64,000 nucleotides of DNA from an uncultured Pseudomonadota bacterium. Its GTDB lineage: Bacteria; Pseudomonadota; Alphaproteobacteria; RF32; CAG-239. The notes under the pieces are model-generated. The model did no database searches and was not told where the DNA came from. It was given only the letters and a program-made list of their open reading frames with translations. Shown here one piece after another: positions 45,249-55,746 of this stretch. Numbering within the stretch: position 1 is the stretch's first letter; each line of letters starts with the position of its first letter. Location of the stretch: NCBI GenBank assembly GCA_949289935.1, contig CASEQD010000005.1, positions 2,655-66,654 on the forward strand, in the 5' to 3' direction. The translations under genes and the position numbers were made by a program.

Positions 45249-46073
45249 TTAATACCAGTCATGTTTTTCTTTGCGATCCAGCCGGCTGATTTTTTCCATA
45301 TCTTCGTCAGTCAATTCAAAATCAAATATATTCGTATTTTCTTTTATATGAGCCGGATTGCCGGAGCCGGGAATAACCACGATGTTCCGCTGCAGGTTCC
45401 AGCGTAAGATAACCTGTGCGGCAGTCTTACCATATTTTGCGCCGATTTCCTGCAAAGTTTTGTTTCCGAGCAGTTCTTTTGTATAGCCTCTGCCGCCCAA
45501 CGGATACCAACCTTCAACAACAATCCCCTTTTGCCGGATGTATGCAACAACATCAGTATCCTGATAATAAGGATGAATCTCATTTTGCACGACGGCTGGA
45601 ACTGTTTCAATCCCGGGCAAAAATGCATCCAGTTCCCGGATATAATAGCAGGACACGCCGATGGAACGGATTTTCCCTTTTTGAACGGCCTGTTCCATCA
45701 TCCGGTAGGCTTCTGTCTCATATCGGCCGGGATGATGGAGCAGCATTAAATCAATATAGCCGGAATCAAGTTTTCCGAGAGCCTCGTCAATTGCTTGTTC
45801 GGCACAGGCATATTGATTTGGATAAAGTTTTGTCGTAATAAAAATTTCATCTCTCGGAATACCTGAGGCTTTGACTGCAGCGCCGATATCTCTTTCGTTT
45901 CCGTAAAAAGAGGCGGAATCAATCAGGCGGTAACCGGATTGCAAAGCGCTTAAAACCGCATTAAAGCAGTTTTTTCCGGTTAAGCCGTATGTTCCCAATC
46001 CGATAACAGGCATTTTGCAGCCGTTGTTAAGGGTTACCAGTTTATTTTTCAAATCAAAAAAAATATCAAACAA
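45249..46073 (-). CDS. aldo/keto reductase
   Basis: MPVIGLGTY, IDSASFYGNE, LLHHP and NQ.E.HPY motifs of the AKR superfamily. Confidence 0.85.
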   Translation of the reverse strand: MFDIFFDLKNKLVTLNNGCKMPVIGLGTYGLTGKNCFNAVLSALQSGYRLIDSASFYGNERDIGAAVKASGIPRDEIFITTKLYPNQYACAEQAIDEALGKLDSGYIDLMLLHHPGRYETEAYRMMEQAVQKGKIRSIGVSCYYIRELDAFLPGIETVPAVVQNEIHPYYQDTDVVAYIRQKGIVVEGWYPLGGRGYTKELLGNKTLQEIGAKYGKTAAQVILRWNLQRNIVVIPGSGNPAHIKENTNIFDFELTDEDMEKISRLDRKEKHDWY

Positions 46074-46153
46074 TTTTTTCCTTTTTCATCCAAACATCCG
46101 CCTTCCGGCATCCGGAAGGCGGAATTTTTATAACACAAAACCGAATTCCTTTT

Positions 46154-47254
46154 TTACTTCAGATTTGTTTTAAAAAAGTTTTCAATCTTATCGAAAGGAA
46201 TTTTATCCGTTTGATCATATAAATCAACATGATTGGCGCCGGGAATAATCATCAGTTCTTTATTGTTGCCTTTAAGCTTTTTATAGGCATCTTCGCTAAA
46301 ATAACGGCTGTGGGCTTTTTCGCCGTGAATCATCAGCACCGCGTTTTTAATTTCGCTGCTGTAAGCCAGAATTGGCATGTTCATAAACGAAAGAGCGGAG
46401 GTTGTGTTCCAGTTTCCGTTTGAGTTGATGGAGCGTTTGTGAAAACCGCGTGGTGTTTTGTAATATCCCCAATAATCCTGAACAAACTGCGGTTCGTTTC
46501 CGGTCAGCTTTTCCGGAAGTCCGGGGGCTTTGGCATAAGTTCCGTTTTTGAAGTCGGCTGTGCGCTGCCTGTTTAGTTCTTCGCGCAATTTATAACGTTG
46601 TGCAACGTCGTTTGAATCAAAATAACCATTGGCGTTGACCCGGCTCATATCATACATGGTAGATGTTACCGTGGCTTTGATTCTCGGATCGTTTGCCGCA
46701 GCGTTGAGGGCAAATCCGCCAAAACCGCAAATACCGATAATTCCGATTTTGTCCGGGGCGACATCCGGCAGATTGCTCAAAAAATCAACCGCGGCGCTGA
46801 AGTCTTCCGTGTTAATATCGGGGGAAGCGACATTGCGTGGTTCGCCGCTGCTTTCACCTGTATAAGACGGATCAAAGGCCAGAGCGATAAAGCCGCGTTC
46901 AGCCATTGTTTGCGCATACAACCCGGAAGCTTGTTCTTTGACCGCGCCGAACGGCCCGGCAACCGCAATCGCCGGAAGTTTGTCTGCTGTTTTTTCTTTG
47001 GGAGTGTATAAATCTCCGGTCAGCATAATCCCATAACGGTTTTTAAATGTTACTTTTTGGATGTCGGTCTTGTCGCTCTTGGCAAAAACCTTATCCCATC
47101 CGCTGTCGTTTTCCTGTCGGGTGTCGGATGCCGGATTATTTTTTGTCTGAATCATTGTTTTCTCTGCTCCCGATGAAATTGAAGGTAAAAACAACAGTCC
47201 GGTTAAAACGCTGAAAATCAGCCGGAATGTTTTTAATTGAATTTTTGTACTCAT
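46154..47254 (-). CDS. secreted alpha/beta hydrolase
   Basis: Signal peptide, and the IGICGFGG nucleophile elbow variant (G-x-C/S-x-G). A C-terminal H in PGANHVDLY completes a dienelactone hydrolase-like layout. Confidence 0.75.
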   Translation of the reverse strand: MSTKIQLKTFRLIFSVLTGLLFLPSISSGAEKTMIQTKNNPASDTRQENDSGWDKVFAKSDKTDIQKVTFKNRYGIMLTGDLYTPKEKTADKLPAIAVAGPFGAVKEQASGLYAQTMAERGFIALAFDPSYTGESSGEPRNVASPDINTEDFSAAVDFLSNLPDVAPDKIGIIGICGFGGFALNAAANDPRIKATVTSTMYDMSRVNANGYFDSNDVAQRYKLREELNRQRTADFKNGTYAKAPGLPEKLTGNEPQFVQDYWGYYKTPRGFHKRSINSNGNWNTTSALSFMNMPILAYSSEIKNAVLMIHGEKAHSRYFSEDAYKKLKGNNKELMIIPGANHVDLYDQTDKIPFDKIENFFKTNLK

Positions 47255-47269
47255 TATAATATTTGCTCC

Positions 47270-47815
47270 TCAGATTCTTTGGCCTGCTTCATAAGCTTCC
47301 TGAAGCGCTGGCATACCTTTGATATCGCCGGCTTCGGACGCACCGGTGCCATAAACAACTCCTTTAAGCAAGCATTGGGGAAAACATTCAATCCATCCGC
47401 CCAGTCCGTTGATTGCCCGTTCCAGAGCGGAATGCGCTTCATCCGCGGCAGTGGCCAGCAAATAAATGTCCCTGAATTTATAATCGGCGGCAAACAGCGG
47501 GTTGGAACGGTCAAGCAGCGTTTTCATCTGTCCGCTCATTTCGTAATAATAAATCGGTGTGGCAAAAACCAAAACGTCTGCTTCTTTCATCTTTTCCACG
47601 ATTATTCCGGCATCGTCTTTGATAACGCATTTTTGCGTTTTCTGACAGGCCAGACACCCCCGGCAGAAAGAAATTTGTTTGTCTTTCAAGGAAATTTGTT
47701 CAACCTGATGGCCTTTTTCTACGGCTCCTCTGGCAAATTCGTCGGCCAGTGTGTCGGAATTACTGCCGTGGCGTAGCGAAGTGGAAATAATTAAAACCTT
47801 TTTACTCATTTTCAT
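47270..47815 (-). CDS. flavodoxin-like fold NAD(P)H-dependent FMN reductase family protein
   Basis: KVLIISTSLRHGSNS N-terminus, a CRGCLAC motif, and PIYYYEMSGQMK (FMN-binding region). Confidence 0.8.
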   Translation of the reverse strand: MKMSKKVLIISTSLRHGSNSDTLADEFARGAVEKGHQVEQISLKDKQISFCRGCLACQKTQKCVIKDDAGIIVEKMKEADVLVFATPIYYYEMSGQMKTLLDRSNPLFAADYKFRDIYLLATAADEAHSALERAINGLGGWIECFPQCLLKGVVYGTGASEAGDIKGMPALQEAYEAGQRI

Positions 47816-47935
47816 ACTCCGGTTAATAAATTAACACCGGTTATTAAAGTAGAAAATTTTTTGCCAGATGGCAAATATTATTATCATAAAAAACAAAAAA
47901 ATCCGCAGTTATGAAACCGCAGATTTTTTTAATTT

Positions 47936-48370
47936 CTAATCATCTTCATCGGCATCGGTCTTCGCCGTCGGATATTTTTGACAAAGGCTGTTTATGTTGG
48001 CAATTTGCAGAAGGATAAATCCGCATCCTCCGGAAAACAGCAAAATTGCCAAATTCAGAATCAATCCCGTAAAAAATGCAAAATCGTCGGATATTGAAAC
48101 CTTGCAGGATAAAATAACCAGAGATACGACAAAAAATAAAAAGCAGACGACATAAGTCTGAAAATATTTTTTAGGGACAAAGTTACGCCCGGCGCATCCG
48201 CAGGCAATTCCTGCCATTCCTTCCAAAAAAGCGGCAATTGCAACAATCGGTAAATTCTTTAAAGGATCGTCCGAAAACAAAAAAACCGACAAACTGATGA
48301 AAAAGGTTGTAATAATCACAAAAACAATTTCCCTGAAATTCTTTTTGCAGCAATAAAATAATGTTAACAT
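47936..48370 (-). CDS. hypothetical membrane protein
   Basis: 144 aa with four TM segments. Confidence 0.45.
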   Translation of the reverse strand: MLTLFYCCKKNFREIVFVIITTFFISLSVFLFSDDPLKNLPIVAIAAFLEGMAGIACGCAGRNFVPKKYFQTYVVCFLFFVVSLVILSCKVSISDDFAFFTGLILNLAILLFSGGCGFILLQIANINSLCQKYPTAKTDADEDD

Positions 48371-48538
48371 AACGATATTTTTTTAATAATATTTTTTCGC
48401 AATAATTATATGGTTGTCTCAAATTTTGTCAATAAAAAAATAATGCGGAGAAACAGGAACAGTTTTAAAATTTTTCTGGAATTTTATTCCTGAAGCGGAT
48501 ATCTTAAATACAGGTTAATTTTTTTATAAGGAGGAAAA

Positions 48539-48943
48539 ATGAAAAAGCTTTTGTCTTTGTTTGCGGCGTTATTTATGCTTTCGGGGTGTTTTGAAACATC
48601 GGAAAATACGTTTAAGGGAAAAGAATACCGTTTGGTCTCATCTCCTGAAAATATGGAAATTACCATTGGTTTTGCCGCAGATGAAAACCGTTTTTTCGGT
48701 AAAGCGCTGAACAACTACATGGGAAGTTACCAAACGGATGGAAACGAACTTGTTTTCAGTCAGGCTGCGAGCACCATGATGGCCGGCCCGCAGGAAATGA
48801 TGAAGGCGGAAAGCGACTATCTGGCGGCATTTCCGAAAATTAACGCTTTTGAACTGAACGGCAAAAAACTTATTCTGAAAACTTCAGACGGCAAAGAACT
48901 GGTTTTTGAAGAAAAAGGAACAATCGACGCCGCAAAGGAATAA
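48539..48943 (+). CDS. META-domain (HslJ-like) lipoprotein
   Basis: Lipobox MLSGC. The NNYMGSYQTDGNELVFSQAASTMMAGP......Y..A......F.L.G..L.L pattern is typical of META domains. Confidence 0.7.
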   Translation: MKKLLSLFAALFMLSGCFETSENTFKGKEYRLVSSPENMEITIGFAADENRFFGKALNNYMGSYQTDGNELVFSQAASTMMAGPQEMMKAESDYLAAFPKINAFELNGKKLILKTSDGKELVFEEKGTIDAAKE

Positions 48944-48985
48944 AGAATAAAAAAATCCCGGAAAAGAAAAATTCCGGGATTTTCA

Positions 48986-50002
48986 TTATCTTCCAAAAAC
49001 GGCGTCTTTCAAACGTTTCAGTGTTGCCTGAGCCGCGGGGCGGGCTTTTGCCGCACCGTCTTCCAGCATTTTTTCAACTTCGTCAAAATGCGCCATGTAA
49101 TAATTATACTTTTCCCGGGCATCTTTAATTTCAGAGACAACCGCGTCAAGCAGCATGTTTTTGATATGCCCGTATCCCAGCTTTCCCTGCCGCAATCCGT
49201 CTCCCATTTCTTTGAGCTGTTCCGGTGTGGCGATGGCTTTGTAAATCTGATAAACCAGAATACTTTCCGGATCTTTGGGCTCTTCCATCGGGCGGGAATC
49301 TGTTTTAATGGAAAAAACAGCCTTTTTGATGGCTTTGTCATCTTCAAACAAAGGAATGACGTTGCCGTAGGATTTGCTCATTTTACGTCCGTCAATGCCG
49401 GGAATAACGGCAATATTCTCATCCGTATAATAATCCGGCAGATGCAGCAGTTCACGGCCGTAATGTGCGTTAATGGCGCCGGCAATGTCCCGGGCGATTT
49501 CCACATGCTGCACCTGATCTTTGCCGACCGGCACGATATCCGTATCATAAGCCAGAATATCGGCGGCCATCAAAGTCGGATAAGTATAAAGCCCCATGTT
49601 GATGCCGTCGTCATCCGGCTTTCCGGCCGCGCGGTTCTTGTCGACGGCGGCTTTGTAGGCATGAGCCTTGTTCATAAAGCCTTTCGGCGTATAGGCATAC
49701 AAAATGGTTGTGATTTCCGGAATTTCCGGAATATCCGACTGCCGGTAAAAAAACGATTTCTCCGGGTTTAGTCCGCCGGCCAGATAAATACAGGCAATTT
49801 CCTTCATCTTCTGGTTTAAAACCGCCGGATCTTTTTCTGCATTAATGGCGTGATAATCGGCAATAAACATATAGTGTTTTCCGCCGCCTGTCGTTGCTTC
49901 GTGTCCAAGGCGGATGGCCGGTTTTATGGCGCCGAGATAATTGCCGAGATGCGGGGTTCCGGTAGGCTTGACGCCGGTCAGAATTGTTTTGTTTTCAAAC
50001 AT
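48986..50002 (-). CDS. trpS: tryptophan--tRNA ligase
   Basis: ILTGVKPTGTPHLGNYLGA (HIGH-type motif) and KMSKS. I chose start MFENK at 50002; the ORF is open from 50074. Confidence 0.9.
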   Translation of the reverse strand: MFENKTILTGVKPTGTPHLGNYLGAIKPAIRLGHEATTGGGKHYMFIADYHAINAEKDPAVLNQKMKEIACIYLAGGLNPEKSFFYRQSDIPEIPEITTILYAYTPKGFMNKAHAYKAAVDKNRAAGKPDDDGINMGLYTYPTLMAADILAYDTDIVPVGKDQVQHVEIARDIAGAINAHYGRELLHLPDYYTDENIAVIPGIDGRKMSKSYGNVIPLFEDDKAIKKAVFSIKTDSRPMEEPKDPESILVYQIYKAIATPEQLKEMGDGLRQGKLGYGHIKNMLLDAVVSEIKDAREKYNYYMAHFDEVEKMLEDGAAKARPAAQATLKRLKDAVFGR

Positions 50003-50104
50003 TTTATTGCATTTCCTGATTTTTATATTGAATTTATCTGTAAAATTGATACTCTTAACGGCAATTAAAATCAATCAAAAATTAAACAATTGGGACAATA
50101 AAAT

Positions 50105-51388
50105 ATGCTGGATATTAAATTTATTATTGAAAACAGAGAACAAATTCAGGACGGCCTCAATAAAAAAGGATATGCCGCGGTTATAAATCTGGATGAATTG
50201 ATATCCCTTCACGCTTCAATTAATAAATTAAAAACGTCGTCCCAGGCCAAAGCCGAAGAAAAAAACAAGCTCAGCAACTCCATTAAATCGGCGTCTGCGG
50301 AAGAACGTCCGGCCATCATAGCCAAAAGCAGAGCCTTGGGGGATGAACTCAAAAAAGAACTTGATGAACTAGATGCCGAACAGAAAAATTTTGATGAAAT
50401 CATGCTGCGCATGCCCAACATGCCGAGCCCGGATTGTCCGGTTGGACCGGATGAAAGCGGCAACGTCGTCCTTCGCAAAGTCGGGGAAATTCCTCATTTC
50501 GATTTCAAACCCCGCGACCATGTTGAGTTGATGGAACTGAATGATTGGGGGGAAATGGAGCGCATAGCAAAAGTCAGCGGTTCCCGTACCTATGCCATTA
50601 AAAACGATTTGGCCAAACTGGAGCTGGCCATGCATATGATGGTGCTTGACAAGCTGCGCGGCCATGGGTTTACGGTTATAACCGTACCGTCGATTTCCAA
50701 GGAAAAACCTCTTTACGGACAGGGATATCTGCCTTTTTCCCGTGACGAAATTTATTATATGCCGGCAGATGATGTTTATTTGTCGGGAACGGCAGAGCTG
50801 ATTTTGAATTCACTGCGTGCGGATGAAATTCTGAGTGAAGCGGAACTGCCGATTCTCTATGCCGGATTTTCGCCCTGCTTCCGCCGTGAAGCCGGTGCAG
50901 CCGGAAAAGATACCCGGGGGTTGGTCCGTGTTCATCAGTTCATGAAAACCGAACAGTTTGTAATCTGCAAAAATGACGTGGAAGAAAGCGACAAATGGCA
51001 CAAAAAGCTGCTGGCAATTTCTGAAGAAGTTTTGCAGGATTTGGAACTGCCTTATCAGGTGCTGGACATTTGTACCGGCGATATGGGCGCGCCGAAATTC
51101 CGCCAATATGACCTGGAAGCCTGGGTTCCTTCTCAAAATTGCTATCGTGAAACGCACTCCTGTTCCAACATTACAGACTGGCAGGCGCGTCGCACCAACC
51201 TGCGTTATCGGGGCAACGCCGACAATAAAGTCAGGTTTGTTCACACGTTGAACAACACGGGCATTGCTACGCCCCGGGCTTTGGTGCCGTTTATTGAGTG
51301 CCATCAGAATGCCGACGGATCGGTAAATATTCCAGAAAAACTCAGACCCTATATGGGCGGCAAAAGCAAAATTGGGAAAAATTTGTAA
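50105..51388 (+). CDS. serS: serine--tRNA ligase
   Basis: MLDIKFI.EN N-terminal coiled-coil arm. Class II motifs FRRE.G..G.DTRGL.RVHQF and TLNNTG.ATPR. Confidence 0.95.
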   Translation: MLDIKFIIENREQIQDGLNKKGYAAVINLDELISLHASINKLKTSSQAKAEEKNKLSNSIKSASAEERPAIIAKSRALGDELKKELDELDAEQKNFDEIMLRMPNMPSPDCPVGPDESGNVVLRKVGEIPHFDFKPRDHVELMELNDWGEMERIAKVSGSRTYAIKNDLAKLELAMHMMVLDKLRGHGFTVITVPSISKEKPLYGQGYLPFSRDEIYYMPADDVYLSGTAELILNSLRADEILSEAELPILYAGFSPCFRREAGAAGKDTRGLVRVHQFMKTEQFVICKNDVEESDKWHKKLLAISEEVLQDLELPYQVLDICTGDMGAPKFRQYDLEAWVPSQNCYRETHSCSNITDWQARRTNLRYRGNADNKVRFVHTLNNTGIATPRALVPFIECHQNADGSVNIPEKLRPYMGGKSKIGKNL

Positions 51389-51404
51389 AATCCGGCAAAA
51401 ACAA

Positions 51405-52082
51405 ATGCAGTTGGATGTTTCGCAACTGAAATATGTTTTGTTTGATTGGGACAATACGCTGGCGGAAAGCCGGCCGTCCTTGGTTTGTGCCATAGACAAA
51501 GTGTTGGCGGAATATCATCTGCCCTGTTGGGAAGTCAGCAAAGAAAAAAGAGACCGTAATTTGTCGTTTAAAGACAATTTCCCGCGCATTTTTGGAAATG
51601 CCGCCGACGAAGCTTATAAAAAATACCGTGAAATTTACAAAAAAATTGTCAGAGGCAGAATCCGAACTTTTGATTATGCCAAAGAAGTTCTCGGTTTTTT
51701 TTCCGCCCGTCAAACCGGGTTGATTATCATGACCAACAAAGAACGCTGCCTGCTGGAATATGAACTGCCTTTTCTTTTTGACAAAAGCCTTTTCTGCCGG
51801 ATTGTTTGCGGCCATGAAGCGCCCGCAGACAAACCGTCCGGACAGCATGCGCTTTATGCGCTGCGGGGACTGATGCGTCCGGAAGAAATAAACCGGAAAA
51901 ATGTATGGATAGTCGGAGACAGCCCGCAAGACAGTGCCGTTGCATTGGAAATCGGCGCCTTGCCGGTACGCATAAACAAATCCATTTGGGGCGATGGCGG
52001 AGAACCTGAAAAAAATAAAAAAATTGTCTGTTTCAAAAATTTTGCAGATTTCTACGCCGCATTGAAATTAGCGAAAAATTAA
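51405..52082 (+). CDS. HAD-superfamily hydrolase (phosphoglycolate phosphatase-like)
   Basis: Motif I LFDWDNTL, and motifs MTNK, K-P and VGDSPQD. I chose the ATG at 51405; the ORF is open from 51372 and overlaps the serS end. Confidence 0.75.
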   Translation: MQLDVSQLKYVLFDWDNTLAESRPSLVCAIDKVLAEYHLPCWEVSKEKRDRNLSFKDNFPRIFGNAADEAYKKYREIYKKIVRGRIRTFDYAKEVLGFFSARQTGLIIMTNKERCLLEYELPFLFDKSLFCRIVCGHEAPADKPSGQHALYALRGLMRPEEINRKNVWIVGDSPQDSAVALEIGALPVRINKSIWGDGGEPEKNKKIVCFKNFADFYAALKLAKN

Positions 52083-52129
52083 AAAATTAAAGGTTAAAAT
52101 TCAAAAACGCTCAACAGACAGAGGATAAT

Positions 52130-53584
52130 ATGGGCTTAAAATTCAGTGCCGTTTATGGAAATATAATACGCTGGGGAACAATCGGGATAGCCGCCGTCTT
52201 GCTTCTGATTCTGAATTATTGCAGCCTGAGTGAACATCTGGCTTCAAACAACCGTTATATTACGGATTACGCCTTGCCGGATGATTATGAAGAACGCAAT
52301 CGTCCGACGGTCGTTGCCGGGTTGTTTTATGATTTGAATAAAAAACAGGAACAGCCGGTGCTGAAAATATTGCAGGTTCCCGTTCCTGAAAATCAATATG
52401 CATTCCGGGTGGCGGAAGAGGCATATCTCAGCCTGAAGCCGGACGCCGGAAAAATCAAAAACATCATTTTGGTCGTGTCCGGAGCTGATTTATCTTTTGA
52501 AGGCGCAGGCATTATAACCGGATATGCGTCAATGCCGGAAAAAACAAAAATTAACCGTGAAATAAGCGCCGCTTTGGCAAAAGATAAAAATTTCAGCTCG
52601 CTGGAAATTGAAAACGGTGTTTTGTTTGATAAACATTTACGTCTTTTGCAAAAAGCGCTTCCGTCTTTTAAAGCCGTATTAATCGCGGTCAAAGGCATTT
52701 CTGCAAAAACTTTGGCAAAAGCTTTGGAACCTTATGTTTCCCGTTCTGATACAGTTGTTGTTTTAGCAGAAGGTTTGGCTGCCGGTGAAAGCGCCGAACC
52801 GGACAAAACAGCGCATCAAACAGTTCTTTACGACGGATTGATGACGGAAACGGCATCGTTTCTTGCCGAAAAATATAATTATACGCCGGAAGTGATAGAC
52901 TTTGTCCAGACAGTACGTTCCGGAAAAAAAGGTGTATATTGGGAATGGAAAGGAAATACCGGAGAAAATAAAAATAATGCTGAAAACCGTCTGATAAATA
53001 ATGTCGAATCTTTAAAAAATTTCAAAAAGATATACGCGTCGGATTTGCAAAACATAGCGGAAGAAGCTCTGAACCGGGCTTTGTTTGACGCATCGGATTA
53101 TAAACCGTCGCGCAAAGACTATGATGACCGCCTGTTTGACAGGGGGGCGGCATACATATCTCTTTTTGTAGACGGAAAATTGCGCGGCCGTTCCGGTTCT
53201 GTCGTTGCCGCGCAGGGCATTGCCCGCAATGTCGCCGAAAATGTTTACAATGCGGTTTTTGATAAAAGAGAAACGCCGCCTCTTTCTCCGGATGAAATAA
53301 AAAAAATAAAAATTAATATTTCGCTGTTGAGCGGTTTTGAAAAAATTCCCTATAAAAATGAAAAAGATTTGCTGAATAAAATTGTTCCCGGAAAAGACGG
53401 GCTGGTTATTCGCTCCGGAAATCGGCAGGCTGTCTTTCTACCCTCTGTCTGGCAAAAGATTGCCGACAGGCGTGAGTTTTTGAATCAGTTGAAATTTAAA
53501 GCCGGAATGAACCCAAACTATTGGTCAAATGAAATAAATGTTTATCGTTTTTATACAGTGGAGATAAAAGAAAATGAAAATTAA
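52130..53584 (+). CDS. membrane-anchored AMMECR1-domain protein with N-terminal Memo-like(?) region
   Basis: The C-terminal ~190 aa carry LRGRSGS......N.AENVYNAVF.D.R..PL and GKDGLVI..G.RQAVFLPSVW, typical of AMMECR1. There is an N-terminal TM helix. The central ~250 aa are only loosely Memo-like. Confidence 0.65.
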   Translation: MGLKFSAVYGNIIRWGTIGIAAVLLLILNYCSLSEHLASNNRYITDYALPDDYEERNRPTVVAGLFYDLNKKQEQPVLKILQVPVPENQYAFRVAEEAYLSLKPDAGKIKNIILVVSGADLSFEGAGIITGYASMPEKTKINREISAALAKDKNFSSLEIENGVLFDKHLRLLQKALPSFKAVLIAVKGISAKTLAKALEPYVSRSDTVVVLAEGLAAGESAEPDKTAHQTVLYDGLMTETASFLAEKYNYTPEVIDFVQTVRSGKKGVYWEWKGNTGENKNNAENRLINNVESLKNFKKIYASDLQNIAEEALNRALFDASDYKPSRKDYDDRLFDRGAAYISLFVDGKLRGRSGSVVAAQGIARNVAENVYNAVFDKRETPPLSPDEIKKIKINISLLSGFEKIPYKNEKDLLNKIVPGKDGLVIRSGNRQAVFLPSVWQKIADRREFLNQLKFKAGMNPNYWSNEINVYRFYTVEIKENEN

Positions 53585-55280
53585 CGGATATGAAATTGCC
53601 TTGTCTGAAGAAGATCTGGATAAAATTCTCACGGAACAGACTGTTCCGGTAGAGCTGATTGATAAAAATTTTCCCGGATATCTTAATTTGAGCGAAGGAG
53701 ATAAAAAGGCGCTTCAATATCTGGTTAATGCCGGAAAAATAATCAACGATGTTTCTCTGGAACAGGATCATGCCCTGAACCGCCGAATGAAAGCCGGGCT
53801 TGAAGAAGCAGCCAAAACGAGCAGCCATGCGGCCAAAGCGCTTTGTTTGTTCAATTCCCTCAACGGCGTTGAAGGCAGCAACGGCATAGATGAAAAACAT
53901 GTTGAAATTTTCAAGGGCATAAGCGGCCGTCCCGGACGGAATTTTTATCCGGAAGATTTAACCGTTGAAGAATTTCACCGCATAATAAAAAAAATGCTGA
54001 TGAAAGGTAAAGACGATGAAGTCCGTAAAATTTTAAGCGTCCGGACAATGGTCAGAAGGTCGGGAGATGAACTTAAGGCGGTTGATTATACCGAGTATTT
54101 TTCCAAAGAATTTTCGGCAGCTGCCAACCAGCTGGAACTGGCCGCCCATTATACCTCGGACAATCTGCTGAAAGAATATCTCGGCTGGCAGGCGCAGGCG
54201 CTTCTGCAAAACAACGAAGAAATGGACAGGCTGGCAGACAGCCATTGGGCCATGTTGCAGGAAACAGATTTGGAATTTACGTTAAGTCGTGAAAATTACG
54301 ATGATGCCATGAGTCCCACTGTCTGCGAAAATGAAGAGCTGGCATCGCTGCTGGCGGAGCGTGGTATTGAAGTCAATTCCAAAGACATGCTCGGCGTCAG
54401 AGTGGGCATTGTTAATAAAGAAGGAACGGCGCTGCTGTTAAAATTTAAAGATCATATGAAAAAACTGGCGTCTTTAATGCCTTTCGCCGACAAATATAAT
54501 CAAAACATTGCTGCCGGCGGCAGCTTAAAACAAACCATGGTTGATGTCGATTTGGCTGCGCTGACCGGTGATTATGCCCAATGCCGCGGCGCCATCACCA
54601 CAGCGCAGAATTTACCCAACAATGATAAATTATCAGTCAAAACCGGAGGAGGACGGCGTAATGTCTATCATCGCCAGGTGCGGATGAGCCGCGACAAAAA
54701 ACGTGATGCGGCATTGCTTCAGGCTTTGGTTCGCGCTGATTTTCATCAGTATTTTAATCCCGAAGCCGAACATATTTTTGTCATCGGTCACGAAAACGGC
54801 CATTCTCTCGGCCCCGACAGTTCATATCAAAATGCCTTGGGGCTTTACAAACATACCATTGAAGAAAACAAAGCCGATGTTGTGTCAATTACGTTTATGC
54901 CGGAATATGTCAAAGCGGGCATCATCGACGAACAGACACTCAAAGAAGTTTATACGACATGGATAATCCGGCTTTTCCTGAAAGCAAAATCCGAAGAGCC
55001 GCACCGGCAGGGAGACCTGATACATTTTAATTTTCTGCTTGAAAACGGCGCCATCGAATTTGATGCCGATCATCGGCTGATTATTCATTTTGACCGTTTG
55101 CCAGATGTAATGCATAAAATTCTGGAAGAAACAATCCGCATTCAGTTGTCTAAATCTCCGGAAGAAGCGCGGAATTTTATTGCCCGTTATACGCAATGGG
55201 GCGATTTGCACCGCTATATTGCTTCGGTACACAAGCAGTTGGGATTGAAGCCTTACAAACAGATAAAAATGTATTTTTAA
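53574..55280 (+). CDS. zinc metallopeptidase-like protein (DPP3/M49-like HExxH + EExxAD)
   Basis: 568 aa. VIGHENGHSLGP is followed by IEENKADV, recalling the bacterial DPP III motifs HExxGH and EExxAD, but the spacing is shorter. Has an 11-nt overlap with the upstream gene. Confidence 0.5.
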   Translation: MKINGYEIALSEEDLDKILTEQTVPVELIDKNFPGYLNLSEGDKKALQYLVNAGKIINDVSLEQDHALNRRMKAGLEEAAKTSSHAAKALCLFNSLNGVEGSNGIDEKHVEIFKGISGRPGRNFYPEDLTVEEFHRIIKKMLMKGKDDEVRKILSVRTMVRRSGDELKAVDYTEYFSKEFSAAANQLELAAHYTSDNLLKEYLGWQAQALLQNNEEMDRLADSHWAMLQETDLEFTLSRENYDDAMSPTVCENEELASLLAERGIEVNSKDMLGVRVGIVNKEGTALLLKFKDHMKKLASLMPFADKYNQNIAAGGSLKQTMVDVDLAALTGDYAQCRGAITTAQNLPNNDKLSVKTGGGRRNVYHRQVRMSRDKKRDAALLQALVRADFHQYFNPEAEHIFVIGHENGHSLGPDSSYQNALGLYKHTIEENKADVVSITFMPEYVKAGIIDEQTLKEVYTTWIIRLFLKAKSEEPHRQGDLIHFNFLLENGAIEFDADHRLIIHFDRLPDVMHKILEETIRIQLSKSPEEARNFIARYTQWGDLHRYIASVHKQLGLKPYKQIKMYF

Positions 55281-55372
55281 AATCAAAGTTCTGTTGATTT
55301 CAATTTGATTTTGCTTGCTTTCGGAAGATAATTGCGTCAAAATTCCTACAACAAAACAAAAGGATTGGGTTA

Positions 55373-55741
55373 ATGTTAAAAAAATTAATGGCCGGCGGCT
55401 TCAGTTTGACGGACACTTTTTGGAAGTTTGGCGTTCTGGGGTTATTTGTCGTCATCTGCGTCGTCCGTTTTTTCGGAAGCCTTTTGGCTCAAAAGTTGGC
55501 GGGCATAAGCCTGTGGACTTACTTTACCCGTTATTTTCATCCGTTAAACATGAATACGGGTATATTGATTTTAACTTTGTGCTATCTGGGGTGTCTGGCT
55601 GCGTTTATCATTTACAGCGCCGTCTTGCTGAGCGGTACATGGAAGAGTTCTGCCGAATATGATAAAAGTGTTTGGCTGCGCTATGTTTCCCGTGTTGTTA
55701 TGCTGCTGATGCTTTTTGTTTGTTACAAAATTGTGTTCTGA
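55373..55741 (+). CDS. hypothetical membrane protein
   Basis: 122 aa with three or four TM segments. Confidence 0.5.
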   Translation: MLKKLMAGGFSLTDTFWKFGVLGLFVVICVVRFFGSLLAQKLAGISLWTYFTRYFHPLNMNTGILILTLCYLGCLAAFIIYSAVLLSGTWKSSAEYDKSVWLRYVSRVVMLLMLFVCYKIVF

Positions 55742-55746
55742 GGAAA

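Noticed and set aside
50810-51929. 229-aa and 195-aa minus-strand ORFs (50810..51499, 51342..51929)
   Set aside because: They lie antisense to serS and the HAD hydrolase gene, both of which carry clear family motifs. No motifs appear in the antisense translations.
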